Shown: piece after piece, positions 1 to 9,634 of the stretch
Layout of the letters: the number at the start of each line of letters is the position of its first letter
Numbering within the stretch: the stretch's first letter is position 1
NCBI GenBank assembly: GCA_963762255.1
Contig: CAVXKA010000002.1
Coordinates: 160,001 to 224,000 of the forward strand
Direction of reading: 5' to 3'
Source: Candidatus Eiseniibacteriota bacterium
GTDB lineage: Bacteria > Eisenbacteria > RBG-16-71-46 > JABDJR01
DNA length: 64,000 nt
Notes under the pieces: generated by a model
The model's input: only the letters and a program-made list of their open reading frames with translations
The model's database searches: none
Told to the model about the DNA's origin: nothing
Position numbers and translations under genes: made by a program

Positions 1-404
1 CCCTCGTTCCCGTCGCGACGGCTCGCGCTCTGGAGGCCCTGCGCTCCGATGTCGCGACGCGGCTCGATGAGATCGCCGCGTCCTCCAGTACCTTCCTCAA
101 GGACATGGGCCAGCTCACCGGGTCGGCGCGAGCGAAGATGGACGCTCAGGTGCATCGCCTGGAGGAGGCGCTGGATCGAAGGGCGCGCCAGCGGCTCTAT
201 CAGGAGCGCCCGATGCTGCGAAACCTTCCCGAATTCCTTCGGCCTCGCCGGGCACCACAGGAGCGCGGGCTCTCCGCAGCCACCCTCGCGCTCTTCTTCG
301 CCGATGCGGCGCCGCGCGCGGCGATGGACGCCGCCCACGCGCACCTGGCTCGGCTCGACGAAGGGACCCTGCACCACTTCATCCTGGAGGGAAACCGTGG
401 CTGA
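1..404 (+). CDS. bshC: Bacillithiol biosynthesis protein BshC, C-terminal part (5' truncated by window edge)
   Basis: Frame is open from position 3 (LVPVATARALEAL...). Coiled-coil followed by LRPRRAPQER, matching the BshC C-terminal PxxxxQER motif. Overlaps the bshB1 start. Confidence 0.75.
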   Translation, partial: LVPVATARALEALRSDVATRLDEIAASSSTFLKDMGQLTGSARAKMDAQVHRLEEALDRRARQRLYQERPMLRNLPEFLRPRRAPQERGLSAATLALFFADAAPRAAMDAAHAHLARLDEGTLHHFILEGNRG

Positions 405-1116
405 CGTCCTCGCCGTTGCACCTCATCCCGACGACGTTGAGATCGCCGCCGGAGGGACGATCGCTCTCTTGAGCGCGGCGAAGCGAACGGTCGTCCTCCT
501 CGACCTGACCCGCGGGGAGCGCTCGACCCGGGGCAACCCGGAGCTGCGCGCGCGCGAAGCCGACGCGGCGGCGAAGGCTCTCGGCGCGGCGTCGCGGGAA
601 ACCCTGGAATTGCCCGACGGCGGGCTCGATGCCCACGATCCGGAGCAGATGCAGCGCCTGGTGGAGGCGATCCGCCGGCACCGCCCGCGCCTCGTGGTGG
701 CCATGCACTGGCACGACGATCACCCGGATCACATCGAAGCGGGGGAGATGGTGCGGCGGGCTCTTTACCTGGCCCGACTGCGCAACTATCCGTCGCCGGG
801 GCAGTCGGCGCACCGCACCGAGCGCGCGGTGTTCGCGATGGGACGCCGACCGTTTCGTCCCAGCCTGGTGGTGGACGTGACCTCCACGTACGCCGCCAAG
901 CGGAGCGCGCTGGAGGCCTTCCGGAGCCAGTTTCACCGGGACCCGGACGACCCGCTGGTCACCCCCATTTCCGACCCAGAGTTTCTGCCGCGCGTCGAGG
1001 GGCGCGATCGGTATTTCGGCGGAATGATCGGAGCGACTTTCGGTGAACCCTTCTTCGAGATCGGCCCCGGCGCGGCGCGGACGGCACGCGATCTCCTCGG
1101 AGACGAAGCGCCATGA
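397..1116 (+). CDS. bshB1: Bacillithiol deacetylase BshB1 (PIG-L family)
   Basis: GTG at 397 after GGAGG. Motifs AVAPHPDDVE, DLTRGE, HPDH and AFRSQF. Lies directly upstream of bshA. Confidence 0.9.
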   Translation: MADVLAVAPHPDDVEIAAGGTIALLSAAKRTVVLLDLTRGERSTRGNPELRAREADAAAKALGAASRETLELPDGGLDAHDPEQMQRLVEAIRRHRPRLVVAMHWHDDHPDHIEAGEMVRRALYLARLRNYPSPGQSAHRTERAVFAMGRRPFRPSLVVDVTSTYAAKRSALEAFRSQFHRDPDDPLVTPISDPEFLPRVEGRDRYFGGMIGATFGEPFFEIGPGAARTARDLLGDEAP

Positions 1117-2225
1117 AGGTGGGCATTTCCTGTTACGCGAGCGAGGGCGGAAGCGGAGTGGTGGCCACGGAGCTGGGGAAGGCGCTGGCGCACCTCGGAC
1201 ACGAGGTCCACTTCATCACCTCCAGCCTTCCCGTGAGGCTTCGCCATTTCTCCGAGAACATCTATTTTCACGAAGTGCGCCCCGATCACTACCCGCTCTT
1301 TGTCTACCCTCCCTACACCTTGGCGCTGGCCGCCAAGATGGCTGAGGTCGCGGAGGCTTACCACCTCGACGTGCTGCACGCGCACTATGCCATCCCGCAC
1401 GCCGTCTGCGCGTATCTGGCCAAGCAGATGCTGGGATCGCGCAAGATCAGGACCGTCACGACGCTGCATGGCACCGACATCACCCTCGTCGGCCAGGCCC
1501 CCTCGTTCCACGCGGTGACTCGGTTCTCGATCGAGCAGTCCGATTGCCTCACCTCGGTGAGTTCCTGGCTCAAGAAGGAAACACAGCGGGTGTTTCAAAC
1601 CGAACGTCCCATCCACGTCATCCCGAATTTCATCGATATCGAGACGTTTCATCCGGCCCCCGCGCCGGAGCGGCGGGCGCAATTCGCCGCGCCCGACGAG
1701 AAGGTGATGCTCCACATCTCCAACTTCCGCCCGGTGAAGAACGTGGGCGCGGTGGTGGAGGTCTTCGATGCGGTGCAGCGGACCGTCCCGGCGCGCCTCC
1801 TCTTCGTCGGCGACGGCCCGGAGCGGATTCCGACGGAGCAGCGGGTCGCTGAGTTGGGTCTGACCGACCGCGTCGTGTTCCTTGGAAACCAGGAATACGT
1901 GGAGGATATTCTCCCGCTTGCCGATGTCCTCTTGCTTCCATCCCTGCACGAGAGCTTCGGCTTGGTGGTGTTGGAGGCGATGGCGGTGGGGGTGCCGGTG
2001 GTGGCGACGCGGAACGGGGGCACCGTGGAAGTCGTGGTGGATGGAGAGTCGGGATTTCTTCGCGACCCCCACGACGTGCCGGGGATGGTGGAGGCAACCC
2101 GGCGGCTCATGACCGACCCCGCGCTCGCAGAGAGGATTCGCGCGGCGGCGCTGAGCCGCGCGCGGGACCGCTACCGGGTTGAGGCGATCGTGCCCGAGTA
2201 CCTCAAGGTCTACGCCTCGTGCTGA
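1113..2225 (+). CDS. bshA: N-acetyl-alpha-D-glucosaminyl L-malate synthase BshA (GT4)
   Basis: Motifs GGSGVVATELG, HAHYAIPHA, TTLHGTDITLVG, HISNFRPVK and ESFGL. Confidence 0.95.
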   Translation: MKVGISCYASEGGSGVVATELGKALAHLGHEVHFITSSLPVRLRHFSENIYFHEVRPDHYPLFVYPPYTLALAAKMAEVAEAYHLDVLHAHYAIPHAVCAYLAKQMLGSRKIRTVTTLHGTDITLVGQAPSFHAVTRFSIEQSDCLTSVSSWLKKETQRVFQTERPIHVIPNFIDIETFHPAPAPERRAQFAAPDEKVMLHISNFRPVKNVGAVVEVFDAVQRTVPARLLFVGDGPERIPTEQRVAELGLTDRVVFLGNQEYVEDILPLADVLLLPSLHESFGLVVLEAMAVGVPVVATRNGGTVEVVVDGESGFLRDPHDVPGMVEATRRLMTDPALAERIRAAALSRARDRYRVEAIVPEYLKVYASC

Positions 2226-2893
2226 TCGGGGGGCGCCACCACGGCATACGTGACGTTTCGCCCGCCCGCGCCGCCGCTGCCACGGTGGGAATGCAGCAGA
2301 TGCTGATGGCATCGGGTGCAGGGTGGCGCGCCGGCGATCCCGGCAGGGGCGACCCCGGCCGCCACGAGACGGCGCGCAGCCGCGGCGAAGAGGTCCACGT
2401 GCGGCCGGCCGGCGGAACGGGGAAAGCTCACATCGCCCGGGAAACGGTCGGCCACCTCCGCTCCGACTTCGAAGCAGCATGGGCCGATCGCGGGGCCGAG
2501 CAGGGCGCGCAACCGAGCAGGTTGGCGGAAGTGCGCGACCGCCTTCTCGAGGATCCCCGCGGCGAGCCCTCGCCACCCCGCGTGCACGAGAGCGATCCCG
2601 GAATCGGGGGAGGCGAGGAGGACCGGCAGACAGTCGGCGACGCGCACGCTGAGAACGAGGCCGGGTACCCCGCTCACAACTCCGTCGCAGCCGGCGAGAG
2701 AGCCGATACCTTCGGCGCGGCGCACCGCGGAGCCATGGACCTGATCGAGTCGCACCGCCGCCCGGTCGCCCAGAGGACCGGGTGCGGCCGGGGTCAGAGA
2801 GCGTCCGACGACGCCGAACTCGGCGACGCCGGCTGGAAGGGGAGCGAACCTGAGAACGAAGGCGCCGCCTTCCAAACTCCACTGCCAACTCAT
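2210..2893 (-). CDS. pgeF: YfiH/PgeF-family purine nucleoside phosphorylase / polyphenol oxidase-like protein
   Basis: Motifs QVHG, VADCLPVLL, HAGWRG, GPAIGPCCFEVG and SHR. ATG at 2893 chosen because it follows an extended -10 box. Confidence 0.85.
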   Translation of the reverse strand: MSWQWSLEGGAFVLRFAPLPAGVAEFGVVGRSLTPAAPGPLGDRAAVRLDQVHGSAVRRAEGIGSLAGCDGVVSGVPGLVLSVRVADCLPVLLASPDSGIALVHAGWRGLAAGILEKAVAHFRQPARLRALLGPAIGPCCFEVGAEVADRFPGDVSFPRSAGRPHVDLFAAAARRLVAAGVAPAGIAGAPPCTRCHQHLLHSHRGSGGAGGRNVTYAVVAPPDQHEA

Positions 2894-4811
2894 GGCCGGG
2901 GAGCATAGCAAGTTGGCGAAGGGCTGGTCAGCGCGCCGCGATCCTGCGATCTGGGCGATCTTCATCCTCGCCCTGGGCCTGCGGATCTTCTATCTGGCGG
3001 ACTTGCGGCACACACCGTTTTTCAGCGACCCCCAGATGGACGCGCTCTACCACGACCAGTGGGCGCGACGTCTCGCGGCCGGCGATTGGTGGGGAGGCGG
3101 CGTGTTCTTCCGCGCGCCGCTCTATCCGTACTTCCTCGGCCTCGTGTATGCGCTCACGGGGACGGACTACCTTGCGGTGCGCCTCGTGCAGTTCGCGATC
3201 GGGGCGGGAACGGCGGTGCTCACCGCGGTCCTGGCCGGCCGGCGATTCGGACGCCCGGCGGGGATCCTCGCCGGGGTGCTGGTCGCCACGTACGGCCCCC
3301 TCATCTACTTCGAGGGGGAGTTGCTGCTCGTGGTTCTCGAGGCGCCCCTCAACCTCCTCGCCGCGTGGTCCCTGGATCGAGCGATCACGCGGGGGGGGCG
3401 ACGCCCGTGGCTGACCGCAGGGCTCTGGTTGGGGCTGGCCGCCCTGGTTCGACCCACCATCCTGGCCTTGGTGCCGGTGGTCACAGTCTACCTGGTGCTG
3501 CGAAGAGGACGCGCTGCGCTACGGCCGTCGCTCCTCTACGGCGCCGCGGTGCTTGTGACCGTGAGTCCCGCCCTCGTGCACAACGCCGTCGCGGGGAGGG
3601 ATTGGGTCCCGGTCGCCGCGCAGGGAGGTCTCAACTACTTCCTCGGCAACAACGCTGCCGCCGATGGCATGTCGGCGGTCGCCCCCGATTTTCGACGCAC
3701 CTGGACCGGCGGGGTCGAGGATGCTCAGCGCCAGGCGGAAGTCGCCTCGGGCCGCACCCTCAAGCCGTCCGAAGTCTCCAAGTACTGGTTCGGCCGGTCG
3801 CTCGCGTGGGCCCGGGAGAACCCCGGCGCCTTCCTCCGGCTTCAGGTCCGCAAGCTCCTATACTTCTGGGACGCTTACGAGATCCCCAACAATCAGGATT
3901 ACTATTTCTTCTCGCGACTCACTCGGATCTTCCGATTCCCATTCCTTGTCGGCTTCGGAGTGCTGGGGCCGCTTGCCCTCGCCGGGCTCGGGCTTGGGTT
4001 GGCGCGCCGCCGGCTTCCATTTGCGTGGGGGGCGGTGCCGCTCACCCTGACCGCAGTCGTCGTCGCCTTCTTCGTGTGCGACCGTTTTAGGGTGGTCTTG
4101 GTCCCCATGTTCGCGGTCTGGGCGGCGGCCGGGATCGTCTGGCTCTTCGAGTCGCTGCGCGAACACCGCCGGGGTGCCGCGGCATTCTATGGCGTGCTCC
4201 TCTGCGCGTCGGCGTGGGGAATGAACGCGGATCTGGCCGGCCACCGACGAGAACACAGCCGCGCTGAATCGAACCTGCGCATGGGGATCTTCTACGCCGC
4301 CCGCGGGGACAAGGCTCGGGCTCTCGCGTACTACAAGATGGCGGTCGGCGATTCCCCCGGCTTCGCGGACGGATGGAACAACCTCGGAGTGGTTCAGGCG
4401 CAGGGAGGGGATCTGGCGGCGGCGCGCGATGCCTTCGAGTCAGCGTTGCGCGCGGAACCTCGTCATCCCAAGGCACTCGGCAACCTCGCCTCCCTCGCCT
4501 TGCAGGAGGGACGGCGCGCCGAGGCGGATTCGCTGGCGCGCCGGACGCTTCGCGTGGCGGGAAGAGACCCCGAGGCGCTCTACAATGCCGCGGTGGTGCT
4601 GGGAAACCTGGGCGATGTGGCCCTGGCGGGGGAGGCGTTTCACCAGATCGTTCTCATTCAGCCGTGGAACGCCCCGGCTCGACTCGGGGAAGCCAGGGCC
4701 CTGGCCGCGCTGGGAAGGCGCGCGGAGGCGATCGCGGTGCTGGAGTCGCTCCCCCCGAATCAGCGTCCACAGGACGTGCGCGCGTTCCTGAAGGAGATCG
4801 GAGCACCATGA
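2892..4811 (+). CDS. GT-C (ArnT/PMT, family 39-like) membrane glycosyltransferase with C-terminal TPRs
   Basis: DALYHDQWA, FRAPLYPYFL, many TM segments, RFR motif, TPR units (WNNLGV, ALYNAA). The start could instead be TTG 2913. Confidence 0.8.
   Translation: MAGEHSKLAKGWSARRDPAIWAIFILALGLRIFYLADLRHTPFFSDPQMDALYHDQWARRLAAGDWWGGGVFFRAPLYPYFLGLVYALTGTDYLAVRLVQFAIGAGTAVLTAVLAGRRFGRPAGILAGVLVATYGPLIYFEGELLLVVLEAPLNLLAAWSLDRAITRGGRRPWLTAGLWLGLAALVRPTILALVPVVTVYLVLRRGRAALRPSLLYGAAVLVTVSPALVHNAVAGRDWVPVAAQGGLNYFLGNNAAADGMSAVAPDFRRTWTGGVEDAQRQAEVASGRTLKPSEVSKYWFGRSLAWARENPGAFLRLQVRKLLYFWDAYEIPNNQDYYFFSRLTRIFRFPFLVGFGVLGPLALAGLGLGLARRRLPFAWGAVPLTLTAVVVAFFVCDRFRVVLVPMFAVWAAAGIVWLFESLREHRRGAAAFYGVLLCASAWGMNADLAGHRREHSRAESNLRMGIFYAARGDKARALAYYKMAVGDSPGFADGWNNLGVVQAQGGDLAAARDAFESALRAEPRHPKALGNLASLALQEGRRAEADSLARRTLRVAGRDPEALYNAAVVLGNLGDVALAGEAFHQIVLIQPWNAPARLGEARALAALGRRAEAIAVLESLPPNQRPQDVRAFLKEIGAP
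2902..2931 (-). promoter_or_regulatory. Putative sigma70 promoter for pgeF (near-leaderless)
   Basis: Minus strand reads CTGACC-18 nt-TATGCT with an extended TG, 8 nt before ATG 2893. Confidence 0.45.
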
Positions 4812-5419
4812 GCGTGGATGTCGCCCTCTTTCGGCTCATCAACATCGCGTGGGGTTGGGATGCGCTCGCCCCGGCGATGCGGTTCCTCAGCGGGCTCGTC
4901 TACTGGATCCCGCTTCTCGTGCTGCTCCTTCTCTGGATGCTGTTTCGCGACGGCCGTCGCGGCAGGATCACCGTGCTTCTCCTGCTCTTCCTCGTCCCGG
5001 CGACCGACCAGATCGCGAGTCATGTGCTGAAGCCGCTCGTTGCGCGGCCCCGCCCCTGCCGGGTGGAGGCGGGGATCGAGGGGGTGCGCACTCATGGAGC
5101 GCGCTGTTCGCGCCGCGGGTCGTTCCCTTCGTCCCATGCCGCCAACGTGGCCGCCGCGGCTGCCCTCTTCGCCCTTCGCTATCGCCGGGCACGCCTCCCC
5201 GCCGGCTTGATCGCTTTCCTGGTGGGTTACAGCCGCGTCTATCTGGGGGTCCACTACCCGAGCGACGTCGCCGGAGGGTGGCTTCTTGGGGCCCTCCTGG
5301 GTGGAGCGGCGGCGGGGATCCCGTTGACGATGCGTCGCAGCGGGCCTACACTCTTGGCACGGGGTTGGAATCCAAGGCATCGAAAACCCACTGCCTGCAG
5401 GAACATCGACACGCGATGA
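4808..5419 (+). CDS. PAP2-family membrane phosphatase
   Basis: Motifs KPLVARPRP, SFPSSHA and SRVYLGVHYPSDV. ATGA overlap with the upstream gene. Confidence 0.9.
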   Translation: MSVDVALFRLINIAWGWDALAPAMRFLSGLVYWIPLLVLLLLWMLFRDGRRGRITVLLLLFLVPATDQIASHVLKPLVARPRPCRVEAGIEGVRTHGARCSRRGSFPSSHAANVAAAAALFALRYRRARLPAGLIAFLVGYSRVYLGVHYPSDVAGGWLLGALLGGAAAGIPLTMRRSGPTLLARGWNPRHRKPTACRNIDTR

Positions 5420-8268
5420 GGTCTTCCTCGACGCCCCGTCCGCCGGCTCGTGGCAACCGCAGCCGGCGAATCCTCACCCTGGCCGTGCTCTTCGCCGCCC
5501 TCTGTGCGGTACGACCGGGTGAGTCGACCGTCCCTCCGCCGGCCGGCGTCGGGTGCGGCCCCGCAGATGCCGCCGGTCTTTCTCCGCAGGAGATCCGCCT
5601 GTGGAAAGATCAAGACCTGGGACGGCCCGCCGACCACCTCCTCGGGCAGAGTGCCGAGCGCAAGGCGGGGGAGACCACGGTGCTCCGCGTCGTGGTGATC
5701 CTCGTCGATTTCCCCGATCTCGCCGCCGACCGCGTCCTGCACACACCGGAGTACTACGAGCACCTGATCTTCAGCCGGGGCGTGCGCCCCGGAGGTTCGG
5801 TCGCAGACTTCTTCGCCGAGTCCTCTCGAGGAAGGCTCCAACTGCAGGGAAAGGTCCGCGGTTGGTTCACGGTTTCCCAGACTCGAAACAGTTATACGGG
5901 AGGAGTGAGCGGGCTCGGGAGCTACCCGGTCAACTCTCAACGCCTCGCTGAAGAGGCGATCTATCTCGCCGACCCGTCCATCAATTTCGCCGATTACGAC
6001 AACGAGGGCCCGGATGAGATCGCCGATTCCGGCGATGACGACGAGGTCATCGACGGCCTCGTCCTCGTCCATGCGGGCTCCGGGCGCGCCGAGGGCGGCA
6101 CCACGACCAACGATTTCGTGAGCCTCCAGTGGTGGACGCCGGACCCCGTGCCGGTGGACGGCGTGTATGGGAGGTACTTCACGCTGAATCCCGAGAACGG
6201 GGAGATCGGGATCTTCCTCCATGAGATCGGCCACCTGCTCGGCTTGCCCGATCTCTACGACACGGACGGCGGGTCGGCCGGGGTCGGCCAATGGTCGATG
6301 ATGTCCGGAGGCTTTGTCCTCGACGGGGGCCGCACGCCTGCGGACTTCGATGCCTGGAGCAAGGTCCAGCTCGGGTTCGCCGACGTGAAGCGGATCTTCC
6401 TCAATCGCGCCGACGAGGAGATCCTTCCAACCGCTTCCTCGGGACAGGTGTACCGGCTCTGGGCGAACGGGGGAGGAACGAAGGAGTACTACCTCCTCGA
6501 GAATCGCCGCCGTACCGGGCTCGATGCGCGGCTCCCGAGTCAGGGGCTGCTGATCTATCACGTGGACGAGGGCGTTCCCAACAATCGCAATCCCAGTCAC
6601 TACAAGGTGGCGCTCGAACAGGCGGACGGTCTCTACCAACTGGAGAATCGATACGGCTCCGTCTCGTTCGGGGACTCCGGCGACCCCTACATCCAGGGGA
6701 GGGAGTTTGGCCGCGACACCGATCCATCCAGCTTTGCCTACGACGGGACGGAGAGCTACGTGGCTCTGTTCAACGTGCACGGGCCGGACGCGGCAGGAGC
6801 GTATACCGCTGACCTGCATGTGGAGCCGGGCGCGGTGGTGACGGTCACCGATCTGCAATTGACCGAGGTTTCCGGTGACGACGACGGGTTGGTCGTTACC
6901 GGCGAGACCGCCGGGTTGATGCCGCGGGTGAGCGTGGCACGCAAGGCGGCGGCGAACCTCGTGCTCTCCCTGCGGTCGCTCGATGCGCGCGCCGAGGTGC
7001 TCGATACGACCTGGGCCCCCGGCACCGTGCTCCCGGGTCAGCCCGTCACGCCGTCGCAACCCCTGCGCGTGCGGGTGGTCGGGCAACTCCCGACCAATCC
7101 TTACGGCCTGCGTCTCGAACTCACCGCGACGTGGGACGATGCGCCGCGGAAGATCGTGCCGGTCGAGTTGGGCCTGGGAACTGTCGTCGGCCTCTCGGCG
7201 GATTTCAACGCATCCCAAACCGGTTGGGTGCACGCCCCCTTGCGGTCGACCGCGGTCAACCAGTGGCTGTACGGCCCCAGCTTTGGATCCGGTGCGACCC
7301 CTGGATTCAAGTACGGAAGCGTGCCCTACGGATTCCTGGGTGGAGCGGACGCCGCTCTCGTTTCGCCGCCCATCCTGCTTCCGCCTCATGCCATCCTGGA
7401 GTTCGACCAGGCGGTGGACATCACCTATCCCGACACGGCGACGTTTCTGGGTGGGGGCGTCATCGAGGCATCCGCGAACGGCGGAGATTGGCAGCCCGTG
7501 ACGCCGGAGGGGGGATACCCGGAGTTCTACGGGGGATCGAGCCCCGGCTGGGAGGCTCGCCCCGTCTTCGCAGGTCGCCCGATGAGCGGCACCTACCATA
7601 CCGTGCGCGTGGATCTCGGGGGATTCGCCGGCGCCGTCCGCGTCCGGTTTCGTTTCTTCGCGGAGAAGGGAACGACGAGCGGCACCGGCTGGCGCGTGGA
7701 CAATGTCCGCGTGCTCTCCGATCCTACGCCGGTCCGCGTGGTGGCGGCGTCGGCCACGGCCGACGGCGGTGATGTCCTCTTGAGCTGGGAACTCGCCGAT
7801 CCTCTCCCTACCTTCCTGCGCTGGCGCCGAGGCCGGGATGAGGCCGGCGCGATGGCGATCTCCGACTGGGCGCCTGCGCAAGCCAGCGGCCGGCTTCGGG
7901 ACACCGGAGCGGCGGCGCTGGCTCCGATCCGCTACTGGCTCGACGGGTTGGAACGTGACGGCAGTGTGGAGACCTGGGGTCCGGTCACGTTGGCGGAGGG
8001 TGCGCCCCGTGTCGCCTGGAACTTGCTGGAGAATCCCTTCCGAGGCCCCGCGCGCTTCGCCTGGTCGCCCGCCCTCGATGAGGCCGCGCGGCTGGAGATT
8101 TTCGACGTGAGAGGGAGACGGGTGGCCCTTGTCGGAGTACCCGTGGGGAGTTCTCGGCTGGATTGGGACGGCAGGGGCGAGGGGGGGCAGCCGGTGCCTG
8201 CGGGCGTGTACTTCGCACGGCTTCAAGGAGCCGCGTTTCCGCCTCTCCGGCTGGTGAGGCTCCCATGA
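5416..8268 (+). CDS. Secreted M6-family (immune inhibitor A-like) metalloprotease with C-terminal FlgD-Ig/CTD-like domain
   Basis: Signal-like N-terminus; VILVDFPD, HEIGHLLGLPDLYD, WSMMSGG and EYYLLENR; C-terminal LEIFDVRGRRV...WDGR...PAGVYFARL. Confidence 0.85.
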   Translation: MRSSSTPRPPARGNRSRRILTLAVLFAALCAVRPGESTVPPPAGVGCGPADAAGLSPQEIRLWKDQDLGRPADHLLGQSAERKAGETTVLRVVVILVDFPDLAADRVLHTPEYYEHLIFSRGVRPGGSVADFFAESSRGRLQLQGKVRGWFTVSQTRNSYTGGVSGLGSYPVNSQRLAEEAIYLADPSINFADYDNEGPDEIADSGDDDEVIDGLVLVHAGSGRAEGGTTTNDFVSLQWWTPDPVPVDGVYGRYFTLNPENGEIGIFLHEIGHLLGLPDLYDTDGGSAGVGQWSMMSGGFVLDGGRTPADFDAWSKVQLGFADVKRIFLNRADEEILPTASSGQVYRLWANGGGTKEYYLLENRRRTGLDARLPSQGLLIYHVDEGVPNNRNPSHYKVALEQADGLYQLENRYGSVSFGDSGDPYIQGREFGRDTDPSSFAYDGTESYVALFNVHGPDAAGAYTADLHVEPGAVVTVTDLQLTEVSGDDDGLVVTGETAGLMPRVSVARKAAANLVLSLRSLDARAEVLDTTWAPGTVLPGQPVTPSQPLRVRVVGQLPTNPYGLRLELTATWDDAPRKIVPVELGLGTVVGLSADFNASQTGWVHAPLRSTAVNQWLYGPSFGSGATPGFKYGSVPYGFLGGADAALVSPPILLPPHAILEFDQAVDITYPDTATFLGGGVIEASANGGDWQPVTPEGGYPEFYGGSSPGWEARPVFAGRPMSGTYHTVRVDLGGFAGAVRVRFRFFAEKGTTSGTGWRVDNVRVLSDPTPVRVVAASATADGGDVLLSWELADPLPTFLRWRRGRDEAGAMAISDWAPAQASGRLRDTGAAALAPIRYWLDGLERDGSVETWGPVTLAEGAPRVAWNLLENPFRGPARFAWSPALDEAARLEIFDVRGRRVALVGVPVGSSRLDWDGRGEGGQPVPAGVYFARLQGAAFPPLRLVRLP

Positions 8269-9443
8269 GGCGTCTACTTTGCCTCGGGCTCCTGCTGGCC
8301 GCTCCGGCCTTCGGCGCGACCTGGCAACCGGGTTCGCAGGAGATCCCTGCACCGGAAATGAGCGCGAGCCTGGGGGGCGGACAGCCGGTCGCGTCGGGCA
8401 TCGGCGGCGAGGTGTTCATCCTCTTCCAGGACTTCGTCGATGACACGACGTTTCGTGTGGGAGCCCTCGTTCGCGCTGCTGACGGAACGTGGTTGCCGGC
8501 CGAGCTGCTCTCCGGCGATCGCAATGCGCGCAACCCGAGCGTGGCGGTCGGCCAGGATGGCCGCGCCCATGTCGTCTGGGAGGACATCACCGAGGGAGAC
8601 GGGGACATCGTGTATCGGGTCCGCGGTGCGGACGGCATCTGGAGCGAGACGATCTCGATCGCGCCGGCGGCGGGAGCGTCGCGCGAGCCGGTACTGGCCG
8701 TGGACGCGTTCGGCCGAGTTCACGCGGTATGGGTCGATGCGCGCACCGGCCTCCCTCAGATCGTGCATTCCGTTCTGCCTCCCGGGGGCGCATGGGCGCA
8801 ACCCGTTGTGATCAGTGTCGGCGGAGACAACCCGGACGAGCCCTCGGTGGCCGCCGACGGAGTGGGCGGGGTGCACATTGTCTGGCGCGACCGGACCGGC
8901 TCCATACGCACCGGCGTGAGCTACGACATCCTGTACCTGCGCATCGACGCGATGGAGCCCCCGGGTGCGCCGCTCCAACTGGTCAACCACATCGCCATGT
9001 CGCAGTGGCCGGCCATCGCAGCGACGGAGGACGGTGTGCTCCACCTCGTCTGGGCAGACAACCGGGACGCTCAGCGCGGATCCTTCTTCGAGATTTACTA
9101 CAAGCGGTACCTTCCAGGCGTCGGCTGGGGCCATGACAAGCGCTTCACCCGCGACCAGCACGACCACTCCCGCCCGGTGGTGGCCGTCGGCGCCGGCGCA
9201 AGCGTTAACGTGGCGTGGGAGGATTTCCGGGACGGAAATTCGGAGATCTATTTCCGGCAGATCACGCCCGAGTTGGGCTGGGATCCCGCGTCCACCCGTC
9301 TCAGCCTGGACATCTCCTCCTCGCAGACCCCGTCGCTCCTCGCTCTCCCGGACGGGAGCCTCCTCGCTTTGTGGACGGACGCCCGCGGCTTCGGGGACTT
9401 TCGTCTCCTCGTCAAGAGCGGGGCGATCATCGCTCCGCACTGA
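8265..9443 (+). CDS. Secreted beta-propeller repeat protein (BNR/sialidase-like repeats)
   Basis: Signal peptide, then about 6-7 repeats of S..P.vAvd..G.vHvVW.D...G..dI.Y. Confidence 0.7.
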   Translation: MRRLLCLGLLLAAPAFGATWQPGSQEIPAPEMSASLGGGQPVASGIGGEVFILFQDFVDDTTFRVGALVRAADGTWLPAELLSGDRNARNPSVAVGQDGRAHVVWEDITEGDGDIVYRVRGADGIWSETISIAPAAGASREPVLAVDAFGRVHAVWVDARTGLPQIVHSVLPPGGAWAQPVVISVGGDNPDEPSVAADGVGGVHIVWRDRTGSIRTGVSYDILYLRIDAMEPPGAPLQLVNHIAMSQWPAIAATEDGVLHLVWADNRDAQRGSFFEIYYKRYLPGVGWGHDKRFTRDQHDHSRPVVAVGAGASVNVAWEDFRDGNSEIYFRQITPELGWDPASTRLSLDISSSQTPSLLALPDGSLLALWTDARGFGDFRLLVKSGAIIAPH

Positions 9444-9608
9444 CGCTCGAAGAGTGATTTCCCCCGATTCGGGGGCAAATTCCCCGCGGAGACGCGAATA
9501 CGCGTCCCCCGGGATCGCCTCGCACCTCCGCCCCGGCGATGCCCGGCGTTCCGTATCCGCCTATGGCGAAGCCGCTTGCCCTCCGGCAAGCGCGGCGGGG
9601 GAGTCGAG

Positions 9609-9624
9609 TGGCATGGCGGTTGCT
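9609..9624 (+). promoter_or_regulatory. Putative sigma54 (-24/-12) promoter
   Basis: TGGCATGGCGGTTGCT has exact GG-N10-GC spacing and matches TGGCAC-N5-TTGCW at all but one position. It is intergenic. Confidence 0.6.
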
Positions 9625-9634
9625 CAATCATAGA

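Noticed and set aside
5254-8352. Very long antisense or alternate-frame ORFs (also 36278-38980, 43500-46220, 53057-55327 and others)
   Set aside because: Shadow ORFs of high-GC coding DNA. They are Arg/Pro/Gly-rich, have no motifs, and overlap well-supported genes.
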